Of a DNA stretch of 64,000 bases, positions 1 to 13,734 are shown piece by piece. The stretch lies in assembly GCA_002633005.1 (NCBI GenBank), contig NMRA01000694.1:1-64000 (forward strand), in the 5' to 3' direction. The notes under the pieces are model-generated. The model did not search any database and was not told where the DNA came from. It saw only the letters and a list, made by a program, of their open reading frames with translations. Position 1 is the first letter of the stretch, and each line of letters opens with the position of its first letter. The DNA comes from Phoronis australis (Eukaryota; Animalia; Phoronida). Made by a program: the position numbers and the translations under genes.

Positions 1-1728
1 AAGGCCTTATGTAACTACCAGAGTACATTCACTTGATTCCACTCGCACCACTTATTACACTCCAGTGATGTAGCTAGGATTATTGCCCCACCTAGTGTCC
101 AACTCTTAAGTGATTCCCACAGTCCATTCCCCATTCATCTGACACCAGCATTGACTTCAGTGCATAAACATATTATGAAGTCCAGCTTAGCTGTAAATTA
201 AAGTTGCATTTGGTGTGCATGTACTCAAGATATGTGATATCAGACAAAGGAAACATTTTCAGTAACAAATACGACATAACAGCAAACTGTCTAGTAAACC
301 TCCCAAACATTTCTGAGCTGAGATTGACAAGAAAAGAATGCTATTTTATTGTTAGCTTTTCAAAATTTTGTGTCAGCGTTGCAGTACACTTTATTAGTAA
401 AATTTTGCTAGCTTTAGAATTAGGAATGTCATGATAGTTTTGTTGTGAAATAGTGATAAGCATGACAGCTGTGCGCTGCTCTCAGATGAGCGCCCTACTG
501 GTGCAGGGTAAATACTGCAGAGTACAAAAGGGTGCTGTGATATTCTAGGGTGTTGTTAGTCGGCTGTTCTCAAGTAGTAGGGGGTCTAATTAAAAGTGTT
601 TTTGTCATTGGAAATTGCTGAAAGTTTGGTAAGTTTTCTTTTGACGCCATAACTATGTCCATGTAACTGTTAATTATTGCCATTTTCCTTAACAAGCCCG
701 CAGGTACAAAGACTGGATGAATAAGACGAAACAAATGAGTCAGGATAGTGATGACAGTGGTGACGAGGGGACTAAGAAGGGAGGGAGAGGCAAGGTGACG
801 ATACTGGGTCACAGAGGTGAGGCTTGGTTCATATCATTTGATGGCATACATTACATGAGACTGATGTAACCAGTCGTTTCTCCTTCGTAATTGTCCATTG
901 GCTTGTGTTTAGATGACTATGTAATGTGGTCAACCTTACTTTGTTACCTGTTTGTGAATGAATATTACAGGTAGAAATTTTTGGTAGTCACCAATTTAGG
1001 ACACAATATGGCGGACAGATGGAGTTTATTTTCTCTATTTTCTATAAAAGATATCTGGCACCAAACTAATGTTTTTTTTAGATTTTTTGAATGTGTAAAT
1101 TATCTCCTTTGGAAATTGTTTGAAGATCAAAAATCAGATTTTCTTAAGCAACCTTACAGTTTAGCAGTGACCTGCAGGCCGTGGCAAAAAGTATTTTCTA
1201 CTGGGATTGGTGCCGTGGAGGCATAGTCTTTATAAAGGACTTATTTTCCCCAGACGGTAATATTTTGAACTATAGATTTATTGGGGATGTTTTAGGTATC
1301 AAAACGAACTTAAATGGAGTAGTCTAATTTCAGTGATATTTAAGTACCGACAGAAATGTGGTATTGATAGAGTTGTTAGTTTTGATGCGTATTGTCCTGT
1401 TATGCCAACGATATTTTTGGCTTTTTTGATAAAAAGTTGGTGAACAGTTTATTTATACCCAAAAGTTCGGATCAAAAAGATTACCTTTAATTAGATTTTT
1501 TAACTTCATCAAACAATATTGTTTGAGTGAAAAGTATAGTGCTCATAAGGATTTGAATTCAGAATTTGTACAAAAAAAGATGGTGTAATTTTGAAACCGT
1601 TTTTCTTAGAGTCAAGAGGATTAGGTGTGGGGTATGCGTGCGTGCGTGTGTGCGTGCGTGTGCATTGTAATGTGCTTTTGTGTTATTGTAAAATGTGCTC
1701 ATTGCTAATAAATGTATAAAAAAGTTAA

Positions 1729-4700
1729 GAGTGACTCCATATAAAAACCAACAGGTAGAGTCTATACCCAAAATCACCGATTTTTTTGAAACTTAGCACA
1801 TGAGTTTGGTTTGTTGAGAAGTAGAAAAACCTCACTTTTTAAGAATTTTCATTCATTATTTTTCTTTTTATGACCTGTACCTCCATTTTGCAACAAAATT
1901 GGGCGTCAAAGTAGGCATGTTTGAATGCATTTTACTAGCATGTATAGTACGGTCAAAACAAAATGAATAAAATGAATTGAAAGGGCAATGGCTGAATAAT
2001 TTAATGGCATAACTTCCAAAATCCATTTTTAAATTTATACGTTTTGAATNAATGAATAATACGAATTGAAAGGGCAATGACTGAATAATGTAATGGCATA
2101 ACTTTCAAAATCCATTTTTAAATGTATATGTTTTGAATTTGTGAGGCAAAAACGGCTATTTTTCAGGTTTTCACTGAAGCCATTTTCGGCCATATTTGGC
2201 ACTCTGTAGCAGCCATAACGCACCTTTCCTGAAATTGACTTTATAATAATTTGTTAAGTCATTCCTAACCTGTTTATAATCTAAAATAAAAAATCTTGCC
2301 TCTTATGTAGTTTTTGCGTACGAAGCATTATACGAACTGCACTTCGTCCTTTTGCCATGTTCTCAGTTGCCTCTGCTGCCAATAGGGGGCTCTTGGAACA
2401 TATAATAAGCTTGCGAAACACGAAATAAAAACTTTGTATTTGGAGAAAAGGCAAACAGCATTATTAATTACTATTCTATGAAAACGGCATTGATGATTAA
2501 TACTTATTACAATAATGTGTACGAAAATCAACTGGCATGCGTGCTTCTAAATGATAGATGGCGCTGATTTTGTTTACGTGGAGACTGAAGACGCATCTAG
2601 AATAAGAGCAGTAACACGAGGACCTTGCTATAATTCAAGACTTCGCGAGATGTTGCCGTGTATTTTAAATGAGAACACGTGGTTTTGGATAAATTTTAGA
2701 GAGGTTCTAGTGTTATTGAACTCACCCCTGCCTTGTTTTCTATCTGCCTTGTTCGTGCCACAGGCAAAGGAAGGCACCCAAGGTGGATANCTGGCATGCG
2801 TGCTTCTAAATGATAGATGGCGCTGCTTTTGTTTACGTGGAGACTGAAGACGCATCTAGAATAAGAACAGTAACACGAGAGGACCTTGCTATAATTCAAG
2901 ACTTCGCGAGATATTGCCGCGTATTTTAAATGAGAACACGTGGTTTTGGATAAATTTTAGAAAGGTTCTAGTGTTACTGAACTCACCCCTGCCTTGTTGT
3001 CTATCTGCCTTGTTCGTGCCACAGGTAAAGGAAAGCACCCAAGGTGGATTTGGCCCCCCTAGTGTCCAGTGCAAAAATCCTTCAACCTGTCAATAGTCAT
3101 TGTAACTTTGGGTTCATATTGTAATGTCCCTGCTGGTTGCTACAAATTTTAGCCGCCACCAGTCCCCAGAAATCTGGTGTCCCCCCCACACACCAGGCGG
3201 CCCTAACGCTGAATATTTCTGCCAGTGTGATCATCAGTGGTATAAAAAGGTACACATTCACAGTCAATAGAAAATAATTCACCAGAGACAATTTTATAAT
3301 GACTCATTCATGACAGACATGAAGTAAACAGAAGTAACGGTCTCGACTTCATATATCTACGAATACATGCTACGAAAACTAGGCTAAACGTTGAGCACAT
3401 TTACCACTTCATTCAGTAAATCTGACGACATGACAGCATCTTCAGCAGAAATAGCATCGTCATAAATATTGCTGCAGATCGACAACCTCGAAAAATCCAC
3501 CAATCTGCGATTCACTTAACATCACAGGTAAACACTTCCCCAGTGGGTTCTCGTAATGTTAGTTCTCCATTTTGGCACTTCCGAGGGTGAACGTTTTTAC
3601 CTGACTTATCTTCTTCATCGAATATGTTCGTCAGAAAGTTCTTAACCTTTACTGAAAATCTTGTTGACCTTTTACCATTTTTCAATGTCTAACCTATTGC
3701 TTTAGCATTCGTCTCATCCAAATAGTACTCTGAGGCTGCCTCAAATGACGCTCCGGTTCTTGCATCTGAAAGCATTTCTGACCACTGTCGTGCGATGTGG
3801 TTATACGTGGTTTCCCTCTGCAAATGTTCAGTGTGGTTACCCACATCCAAGTGCTGACCTAATTCTGCCTGTCTGTAGCAAAAAAATCGAGTAACCTTGC
3901 TGGGTACAAGGGAACTTTTGTTGAGGCTCTTCACTAGATACAATGCCAACCTTAACTCTTGGTGTGGAAAATCTGCCATGTCTAGAGATGTTACTGTATT
4001 TTAGAGAAACAGGTTTCCCATTTTCTCAGTATTTGTAAGAACTTACCGTCACCTACATGGAATGATTTCCACACCGAATTCCTTGGGTGGAATAGTGGGA
4101 ATTTGGGAATGTTGTTATACCAGGAACTGAGTGTTTTGGAAGATACCTAATTGCATTGACTGAACAAGCATAAATATAACATCCCCTCACAAGGCCACTG
4201 GAAAGTAATGCTACTTTGAAATCCAGAAAGTTTATGATATTGTTACCTTCAGCTACAAAGTACTTCGCATGTTGTTTGATTGGAGCGATCTTGCGATCAC
4301 AGAGATCCTTTCCATTCTGACTTTCACTAAAGTCATATCTCGAAACAGAAATGCCGGTAGAAGTTGACAAGGCTGCTACGTTCAGGAGGAAAGGAGCACA
4401 GTGGTAACATCCAGCATTACCTGACTCTTCCATGACTGGTCTTGTTCAGTCAGAAATACACCGAGTAGGGGTAGTACGAGTCCGTACTCTGGCACAGGCC
4501 TTGCTTTGTGAGCTACTTTCCTGTATATCAAATGTTCAGTGGTGTCTTTGACATAACTCTCTAAAGCACAAAGCTTTTGTGATTTTTTGCAGACTAAACT
4601 CTAAAGGAACATGAAGGCCCATCGACATCGTCTGCCATTTTGTCTTTTTAAAATGCACTAGTCTTGCTTCTCTCAAAACCAGTCATTACAAATATCAATT

Positions 4701-5567
4701 CTTACTCGTTTAATCTTAAAGGCATTTATTTCCATTTGAAAGTTCTACAGAGTGTTAAAATTAACCTGATAATGTAAAAGAAATGAAAGAATACAAGAGG
4801 GTTACACGTACATTTTTTATATATCCTCAAGCTTAACCTCAACTGACTCCCTCAGTGGGCAAAGGTCGTCGGGTTCAGTTTTGATACTAGCCGCGTAATA
4901 AACCCGGAAAACACCTTGTTTTCATTTGAAAGAGTTCAGTCTTGGTTTCTATAACTATTTAAAGCAGACTTCTTGCCTAAAAGTTTGTTCAAATGGTCTG
5001 TAAACTCTGCTCGTCATTTCCAAACTATGAAAACAGACTGTTTTGCAAGACAATTTCCACTAAAGTGCAAAGTTGAGGCAAGATTTTTTATTGCTCAGTC
5101 ATCAAAACTAACTATTTAACTGTATGTTCAAAACGTCCCATAAGGCTACAAGGTGTTTTATGGCAGTAAGAAGGTCACAAAAATAGCCACTAAAATTAGC
5201 CCCAAAAAGTGGTCTGTGGATTATCTCCCCTGTCTAGCACAAAACTGTCAGATTTTAATAAATGACACAGAATTATGCACAGTATACGTTGGTTATTTCA
5301 GCCACCCAAATATAGCTTTTGATCTATTTTGCATGTTACTCATTTTTGTTGCTGAAAACATGCGATTTTTGAGACGGCTAATATGCCCAATTGTGCCAAT
5401 TTGTGTTATCATGCTCCAGCGGCGAAATTAGGGGTCATTGAGTGCACAAAATTTGGCCTTTGGGTTTTTGTTAGGATACCTACCCATGTACAAAAAATGA
5501 AGTTGTTTTAAATTTTGACGTATAGACTAATTTTTAAAAATCTACTGGTTTTTATATGGACTGCCTC
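1729..5567 (-). mobile_element. Degenerate Sola3-type DNA transposon
   Basis: TTAA on both sides (1725-1728, 5568-5571) and GAG...CTC termini. Imperfect inverted terminal motifs (ccatataaaaacca / tggtttttatatgg; aataaaaaatcttgcctc ~2285 vs gaggcaagattttttatt ~5074). Internal broken - strand ORFs carry NAGCYH...RYDFSESQNGKDLCDRK, a motif I recall from Sola3 transposases. Confidence 0.7.
3689..4433 (-). pseudogene. Fragmented Sola-type DDE transposase
   Basis: ORFs 4053..4433 (GCYH...DFSESQNGKDLCDR) and 3689..3979, separated by stops and frameshifts. Confidence 0.7.
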
Positions 5568-6010
5568 TTAAATGTTAAGGTGATGTAGCACCCTTGGAAA
5601 GTGTCCAAATTTGCCTAATTTCAACTCAAAAAATGGACTCGTGTGAAATCTTCAGTACTTTTACCCAAAATGATGTTAAGATTTGTTTTTCAAATTGCTG
5701 TTCAAGTGTTCCACTTTTGCATGATAGGACTTTTTTGTCTAGAAATCTCAAAAATTGTTTAAAACAAAAACGAAATCATATTTCAGAAAACTTCTGGAAA
5801 TCGCAAATTTTGCTTTAAACTAAAAAGAAATCATAATTCAGAAAACTGTGACATCGTTTTCGAGATATCACCTCCAACATGTATATCAAACGAGATTTTA
5901 TCGTGTTATTGTTACCACTGTTTCGCTTTGAATGAACCTTTTTTGCTAAAGTTACTGAAGAGACATGTTCATGTGACTCAGTAAATGAGAGTTTGGAATC
6001 CAAACTATAN

Positions 6011-9000
6011 CGAGGGGGGGGGGTTCAAATTTCTAAAAGGTTGAACCTTTTGATGGCATTTCGCTAGCGTCGGCCCTCTCTACTGCCCTTCAGAAGCTGA
6101 CAATGAGCGACGCAATAAGTTTTCGAAGCTTTATTGTCAAGAACATTAATAGTTGAACAAAAACTTGATACACTTAATTCAATGTACATGTAAGTTCCAC
6201 TTTAAGTACGCTCATCGAAGCGAGAAGATACACATCAGGTTAGTACGCTACCAAATTTCATCTTCCTAGGATTTATTTGCTCAAAACGCTAGACAACTCT
6301 GTCAATTTCTATCTCTTTGTTGTAATGAACATGCATCAGCGCCAGAGATGACATTCTGTCACCACTCATACTTGCTCGCATGAACGTGTTGAGTCTGCGT
6401 AATGTGCTAGTGGATCTCTCGCATTCACACGACGTCACCGGTAGTGTAGCCAAAATTTTTAGCAGTACATAGACGTTCGGATACAAAATTTGATCACAGT
6501 CTTTAATAGTCTGGGCACATGTCGAGGGCGCATTCTGCTGGGATTTCCACTTGTCCCCGAGATGAGACGGAATCAATCCTAGAAGTGAGGATGCCGTAAC
6601 GGTTGTTCGAGAAAAACGGGCCCTAAATTTGGATGCAATGTGATCCAGAAACAGTATCACCACTGTTCTCAAATAGTACTGCTTGACACTGGAATTTGGT
6701 GGATTTGCTCGATGTGTTTGGCGAAGAGCTTGTCGCGGCATGCTGGGTTTCACACCAACATCTCGAGCCATGGCAACGGCTTGGTGGTAAATGTCATCGA
6801 AGACTTCATCCACAGTCTTGCGAAGTTCCTGGTACAAGTTTTGAATCTCATTCACCATTCCGTAAGCTTGTACAATATCAACTGTTGTGCTCTGCAATTT
6901 GATTGCAATGCCGTCTAGATGAGAAAGTGAGTTATATACTGTGCAGAATGTCACTATAAAATCAAAAGAAGTGATACCAGCTAGCAACCCACTGGCTTCG
7001 GATTTGAACCTCCCTGTCCAGCCCGAGGTCACGTCGGTGCTGTACTATTGCTTGTGTTGGTCATATGCTATAACTTCTAGCGAAATTACAATACACCCGT
7101 ACGACTGAAAAAACCTCGACTAAGCATTGTGACGTGCCGCCCAGCGAGTGCGGCAAACATCAATGAGGGGCTTTTTAGCGATTCGGGGTCTTTCTTTTTA
7201 TGTACTTCTTTCAGGAGGTATTTTCTCTTTTGACTGCTCATAAAAAGTAAACAACGCATTTTACTTTATCCAAAGTATTTCTGATTTCCTGTATTGAACA
7301 TGAACAGGCTATCACTAAGTTTAGACAATGACCGCAGCAATGTGTGTATAAGGCTAAAGGAGAGTGTTCACGCAGGATTGCCTGGACGCCAATGTTGTCA
7401 CTACTCATATTTGCTGCGCCATCATATCCCTGTTTTCTGCAGTTGGCAGTGTCGATCCCGAGCCTATCTAAGGTGCCCATTATGCATTCCGCTTCGTGTT
7501 TGCCAGTTATCCGCGCAAGACTACAGATTTCCAACAACTTTCTCTCGAATGTTGTCATCGGCGTCTACATATCGTATACACAAGGGCATGAGTTCTTCAT
7601 TGTTGGATGAAACCTCATCAGCCATAACGGAATAAAATTTGGCATCTTTTATTTCCTTTACAATATCTGCTTGTATGATGTGTTTTCCAATGATCTCGAT
7701 AATTTCATTCTGTATTTGAGGCGAAGTGTACATGGCGTTCTTTATTTTTGGGTGCTGTAATCTTTAGTTTCATTATAGGTACTCAACAGTTTCAAAAGAG
7801 CAAGAAAATTTCCCGTGTTCTTGTTATCATCTGTCAAACTTTCAGAATCTTCTCTCAGTGCAATACACTGGCGACCGCAATAAAGAATCGCTTTAGCTAT
7901 CGCCTGGACATTGTGCCTGTTTTTCTTTATTTGTTCTTTGACCTAACTGTGTAAGACAGCATCAACACCTTTCTGCGGATTTTCCATCATGCTAACAAAT
8001 GTATTAGCATCATCTAATGCCTCCATGTGATACCTTTTTTTTGAAATGCTCAGACAGTACTTTCATTTTATGTTGCCATTGCATGAATGGCGTGTTCACT
8101 AACTTGGTTGGTTGCCTTTTTAAATCACCTTTCGAAAATAAAGCACAAGAAATGCAGAACGCACCAATGAATTCCCAAACTCTTTAAACCAAGCGTGTCT
8201 GAATGAGCGATTACATCCCGCTGCATACTCTGTTTGAAAAATGTAGTCGGGAGATGGTTTATCGTGATTTTTGATAAGATTGCACATCACTTAATTTGCT
8301 TAAGGTGTTGGAAACCTCTTCTATCGAATCTGTTGCTCGGACGAACTCTGCGAGGTCGTGTACCATTGCCACTGATTTGCTGTCAACACCAGGCTTTTCT
8401 TCATTGACTGAAGATTGGTTAGTGGACCTAGGCGTACATGTACTTATTCCTGCCTGTGAACAGGCACACGTGTCCATATCTGAGTTTTCTGTAAAAAACA
8501 CGGTAATTAAACGTCTGTTTTTAGGAGCAGGGGCTATAGTGAAGATACGTAAGCTGAATTTAAAGAATGGAAACCGTGCAATTATGTGCATCATTATGCA
8601 TGTCAATCAAACGATCCACAAGTACAGTATACATTGTAAGTCGCTACAGAATCCGCGATAGATTTCGATATGGAATTTCAAAAAGCGTGCTATATATTGT
8701 CACTAGCAACAACCGAATGCATGCGACAAACCTGTTTTATGCTTCTTCGCCCATTGGTCGATTTTAAGACACCCACTCGCTTTTTTGAGAGCTCTCTCGA
8801 TGCTGTTTACGACCAGGCATGTTCGCTAATTTAGAATGACCCTCTTACCTCATGGTGTAGTCGTCAGTAGAGCACATGCGTTTGTGGTTAGTCGGTGTCT
8901 TTGAAGCTGTCAATCTCTTGAAGCGTCCTGTGGTCGTCTGTAGGCCTAAGATCCCGTTATCTACAAGAACTATCAGGCGAAGTTCTTGCGGTCTGATGTC

Positions 9001-9192
9001 ACTATGGTTTGAATCAGATGAACAGTTAGGCTTCGAATTCATCACTAGTTTTGATATTATTATAATTAATAGTGGCTGTAGTAATTTTTTTTTGGTGTCC
9101 AGCTACTTCCTTATCGTAGCCCGAGCTCGACCTTTTCGGCGGGGAGGTGGGGTTTGATTGAACTCCCCGAATCCCTCCTTGCTACGAGCCTG
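6011..9192 (-). mobile_element. Degenerate hAT DNA transposon (PRKRIR/THAP12/ZMYM1-like transposase)
   Basis: The - strand starts CAGGCTCGTAGC at 9192, a hAT-like terminus. The left end is G-rich and apparently eroded, so that boundary is approximate. Contains the broken transposase listed next. Confidence 0.65.
6289..8260 (-). pseudogene. hAT transposase pseudogene
   Basis: Collinear fragments in different frames: YTSPQIQNEII...FYSVMADEV...LCIRYVD (7521..7733), QGYDGAANMS...YTHCCGHCLNLVI (7238..7558), LATLPVTSCECERSTSTLRRLNTFMRASM (hAT dimerisation domain, 6289..7032). Confidence 0.9.
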
Positions 9193-9355
9193 CATTCATA
9201 GAAATGGAATCCAGTGGTCTCTATCCTCGGCTGAACTTAGATGGGTAAAGACTTTGGTTAGAGATGCACAGTTCGATACATGTACGTATTATTCGACATT
9301 AAAGTGGTTAGAAATTAAACCGTGATTCAGTAAAAGGCTATAATTACCACTCACA

Positions 9356-9602
9356 AATGTCAGCTCTGAAATCAGGACTGTCCGAGGCTCTTCCTCGGCT
9401 TCAATCGTTGAAGATGCTGTTGTGAGTGGTTTGAGTTCGTACAGCCTCAAACATGCAGTCTGGTGATATGGCGAGGTGTACTTCATTACTTGTTTCGCCC
9501 TGTCGATTTCACTTCCATCTGCATGTCTGTCTTCATAATACTTGTCAAACTCACTATCTAAGTCTTCGTAACATAAAAAATCACTCTCTGCCATTGTATA
9601 TA
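9356..9602 (-). CDS. Possible coding exon of an unidentified - strand gene (MAESDFLCYEDLDSEFDKYYED...)
   Basis: Lies inside the 125-codon open frame 9289..9666, with a candidate acceptor (gttgacag) and a strong donor (TTT|gtgagt). No recognisable domain; boundaries approximate. Confidence 0.25.
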
Positions 9603-9669
9603 GGCTGTCAACTGTGATCACCGTCTTCCACTGATTGACATCATGTGTAGGATAACCAAAAATCATTTT

Positions 9670-11068
9670 TACTCTGTTAGCGCAGAGTCCTGTTGTTCCT
9701 GGGTTTTCTTCAATTTTATTCTTATTCTTCTTATTTTTCTTATTACTCTGTGCGTGTAAGCGCAGAGTACTGTTTTTCCTGGGTTTTCTTCAATTTTATT
9801 CTTATTACTCTGCACGTGTAAGCGCAGAGTACTGTAATTCCTGGGTTTTCTTCAATTTTATTCTTATTCTTCTTATTCTTATTCTTATTCTTCTTCCGAC
9901 CAACTTCGAGGCTTAATAACTCCAAATTGGGTGCAGGTACGGTCTTTAAAGTCAGCATATGACTTTTGACAGTATATAAATTTGGATTGGTTATTTAATC
10001 ATATTCTATATTGCACCGGAAGAGGTCGTTTGGTGCAAAGGTCATAATTTTCAAAATGCTACTTCTCCTTCAATTTTAAAGCTATCTTTTTCAAATTCGG
10101 TGCACAGGTATAAGTCAACATAACAATTTAAAAAATTACTTTTCTAAGTAATCGGGTCATCCAATCAGGTGAAATAGGTCAAAGGTCATTAGGTGCAAAC
10201 TAAAATTTTGAGCTAGACACTTCAAATTGACAGGTCTGATTGCCACAGGTAAATCAAATCGGAATCCAAAGTTTCAGGTCATTTAGTGCAAACATGGGGT
10301 CATTAGGTGCATTTTTCTTCTGAAAATTTGACCTTTTCAATCAGCAAGTATTCTGATGTGTCAACCGTTAGACAACTGTGATTCTCAGCGTTAAACACAT
10401 TTTCCATGGGCTTTGCAATAATTCTCCTAAAGATGCTTAAAATGCACCGGATAAGGTCAATTAGTGCAAAGGTCATGTAACGTTCAAAATGTTATATCTC
10501 TTACGTTTTTCAAGGAATTCTTTTCAATTTCAGCACACTGGTGTAAGTCAACATGCCAATTGAATACCCTACTTTACTTCGCAATAGGCCTAACCAATCA
10601 GAAAAAATAGGTCAAAGGTCATTGAGTGCAAACTAAAATTTTGAGCTAGAGACTTCAGAATTACGTATCTGTTTACTAAGTGCGATTGAGTTTGAATTCT
10701 AAATTTTCAGGTCATTTGGTGCACCCATGGGGTCATTAGGTGCATTTTTCTTCTGAAAGTTTGACCACTTCATTCATCTTGTATTCTGAAGTGCTTAAAG
10801 TAAAACATCTGTGATTATTAGCATTAACCACACTTTTAATCGAGTTAACAATTACTCCCTCATCGGGGCTCATAATGCACCGGAAGAGGTCAATTAGTGG
10901 AAAGGTCATCAAAAAATTAATATGTAATTTCTCCTACAATTTTAAAGAATTCCTTTTCATATTGGTAAACGGGTTGCTGTCAGTAACTTCCCATAATAAT
11001 TCCAGTAATACGCACGCGCAGAGTCCGTTATTGTCACGCCGTGACAATAATCTTTCAAGTTCTTAATT
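9670..11068 (-). mobile_element. Non-autonomous Helentron-associated (HINE/DINE-like) element, copy 1
   Basis: Near-identical inverted copy at 58008..59276. Terminal palindrome ttattgtcac-gcc-gtgacaataa (~11028-11050), sub-terminal gcgcagagt motifs, a (TTCTTA)n microsatellite and internal ~430-bp repeats (tgcaccgga.aggtc near 10012, 10443, 10876). Confidence 0.65.
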
Positions 11069-12045
11069 TAGAATTCCTCAATTATTCCCCAAAATAAGTT
11101 TTTCTTTAGTTAGATTTTATGTTATTAAATTAGTGTCTAAAACCTCAAGAATGCAATGCTATGACTCAAAAACGCTTTTAAGGTTTCATGCCAAATTAAC
11201 TCGTAAAATGCAAGGTATTTTTGTAAAAAAGCAGTGGTGTTATTCGTATATTACTGCAGGACACAAAAACTGGGCACGTTAAAGCAAAGCTCCAACTTTG
11301 TTGTTTGAGGAAAAAGTTTTAGTAAAATTGGCTTTGGGGATATTTTGTTATGAAACAAATAAAATCTGCCTGTGTCTTGCACATGAAAAATTGACTCAAA
11401 ACAAGGGGGTCTATTGACAATACTAAAGACCCAGCTGTCTGTAGTAAGAAATGTAGTTTTAGAATCCTTGATCTTTCTCCTTTCAGAATATAGATATGGA
11501 AAGCATTATTTTTTTCAATATTTGACCTAGAGGTGATGTCCTTTATTAAGGTTCTAACTTATTGGCTAATGTGCTTGATTTGATGTTGTAAGAGTTTGTT
11601 GTGTGACTGATGTACTGATGTGTATGTATGGGAACACTTGTGGCATGATATTGTACTAATGGCATGACATGTTTGATTTGATATTGCAGAGGTACAAGGT
11701 GTGGATACTGTGGTGGAAGTCGTAATTTGGTCATTGATCACCCGATGAGGTACAGGTATGTAGTGATTTATAATTGCTTTTGAGAAGCCTATTTTGAATG
11801 AGCAGCAAACAGGGTCGCGCCGCACGTTACACTTGTTTGCGTGACTTTCCTGTTACCCCAATTCATTAGTTATTCTTTGCAGTATTTCACACCCGCCGTG
11901 TCTCACTGTGTGTGTCGTCAGCTTATACTCTGTGGTGGCATTACTGCGTCATTTTATCTTCACTTGAGAATGAAACAAGTATGTTTTGAAATATCGTGTG
12001 TCTTTTAATTATGTCGCTAGGTCAGTTACTGTATCTATGTTCAGT

Positions 12046-12897
12046 NNNNNNNNNNNNNNNNNNNNNNNNNNNNNNNNNNNNNNNNNNNNNNNNNNNNNNN
12101 NNNNNNNNNNNNNNNNNNNNNNNNNNNNNNNNNNNNNNNNNNNNNNNNNNNNNNNNNNNNNNNNNNNNNNNNNNNNNNNNNNNNNNNNNNNNNNNNNNNN
12201 NNNNNNNNNNNNNNNNNNNNNNNNNNNNNNNNNNNNNNNNNNNNNNNNNNNNNNNNNNNNNNNNNNNNNNNNNNNNNNNNNNNNNNNNNNNNNNNNNNNN
12301 NNNNNNNNNNNNNNNNNNNNNNNNNNNNNNNNNNNNNNNNNNNNNNNNNNNNNNNNNNNNNNNNNNNNNNNNNNNNNNNNNNNNNNNNNNNNNNNNNNNN
12401 NNNNNNNNNNNNNNNNNNNNNNNNNNNNNNNNNNNNNNNNNNNNNNNNNNNNNNNNNNNNNNNNNNNNNNNNNNNNNNNNNNNNNNNNNNNNNNNNNNNN
12501 NNNNNNNNNNNNNNNNNNNNNNNNNNNNNNNNNNNNNNNNNNNNNNNNNNNNNNNNNNNNNNNNNNNNNNNNNNNNNNNNNNNNNNNNNNNNNNNNNNNN
12601 NNNNNNNNNNNNNNNNNNNNNNNNNNNNNNNNNNNNNNNNNNNNNNNNNNNNNNNNNNNNNNNNNNNNNNNNNNNNNNNNNNNNNNNNNNNNNNNNNNNN
12701 NNNNNNNNNNNNNNNNNNNNNNNNNNNNNNNNNNNNNNNNNNNNNNNNNNNNNNNNNNNNNNNNNNNNNNNNNNNNNNNNNNNNNNNNNNNNNNNNNNNN
12801 NNNNNNNNNNNNNNNNNNNNNNNNNNNNNNNNNNNNNNNNNNNNNNNNNNNNNNNNNNNNNNNNNNNNNNNNNNNNNNNNNNNNNNNNNNNNNNNNA
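12046..12897. other. Assembly gap (N run)
   Basis: Run of N. Other gaps are at ~39363-39630, 40617-41100, 42230-42756 and 46318-46933. Confidence 0.99.
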
Positions 12898-13734
12898 AAC
12901 CAGGCAATTCAAGAACCGGTCTACTATTTATATACTTAATTTTCTTTCTTAATATACATTTAACCAATTACAATTCATCTATGTCGACCGTTTTCATTTC
13001 ATTGCGTCATATATTTGCTACAGTTACGGAAAATAGTTCTTCCCACAGGTCTCTGCTGATGGACACTACACACTTCTGCTAACATTTAAAGTATGAACAG
13101 TCGCGAGTTTACTGAAGTCTCATTATAAGTACAGAAATGTTGTTGAAAAATAACAGTGACTATCTGAAGACAGGAATGCATAACAAAATAAAATATGGAA
13201 ACACCAAACAATAATCAAAAAAACACTTACCTGTTGCAATAACGCCTTAAATGCGAACGTACTGACCGACTTGCATGAACGGAATGTTAGTTGAACATGT
13301 TAGTAGAACAAAACTGTCTCAATGAAATTTTCATGGTTTACAGGTTTAAGAAGATCCACCGCAGATTTCCGTATATAAGTCCAGCAGAATATATGGCCAA
13401 TTTGCGTATCTTAAATTTTTTCCTAAAATATACCTACATGTAGGATGCATATCTGAGAATAAAAATGCATGCTTGAAATCTAAAAATAATGCTATTCCCA
13501 CTAGGATATAATGAGGGTGAGTATTTATTCTGTGTTCGTGTATTCGGCATTGCTGAGTATAGGTCCTGGTGTATTTTTATATAAGACGTTTGGTTTCCAC
13601 AAATTATATGCAGAAATCGCTGGTAATACTTCCCAAAATTATTTACCCTTGCTGCAAGTAAGGCATCACCTCGGGTAAAAATAGAACAATAATAATTAGC
13701 AATGTAACAGTCAACACAATTAAACACACTTACA

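Noticed and set aside
1-960. Possible - strand exons near 50-190 and 850-947
   Set aside because: Splice-like sites exist, but the frames are closed or have no recognisable motif, so they cannot be supported.
2532-3049. ~259-bp tandem duplication (and an ~87-bp one around 2050)
   Set aside because: Each pair is joined by a single N (2790, 2050) and differs by a few SNPs. This is typical of unmerged overlapping contigs or haplotypes, so it is probably an assembly artefact.
11986-12967. Long ORFs in the track spanning N-runs (also 39319-39747, 40575-41117, 42198-42770, 46136-47028)
   Set aside because: Artefacts of translating assembly gaps.
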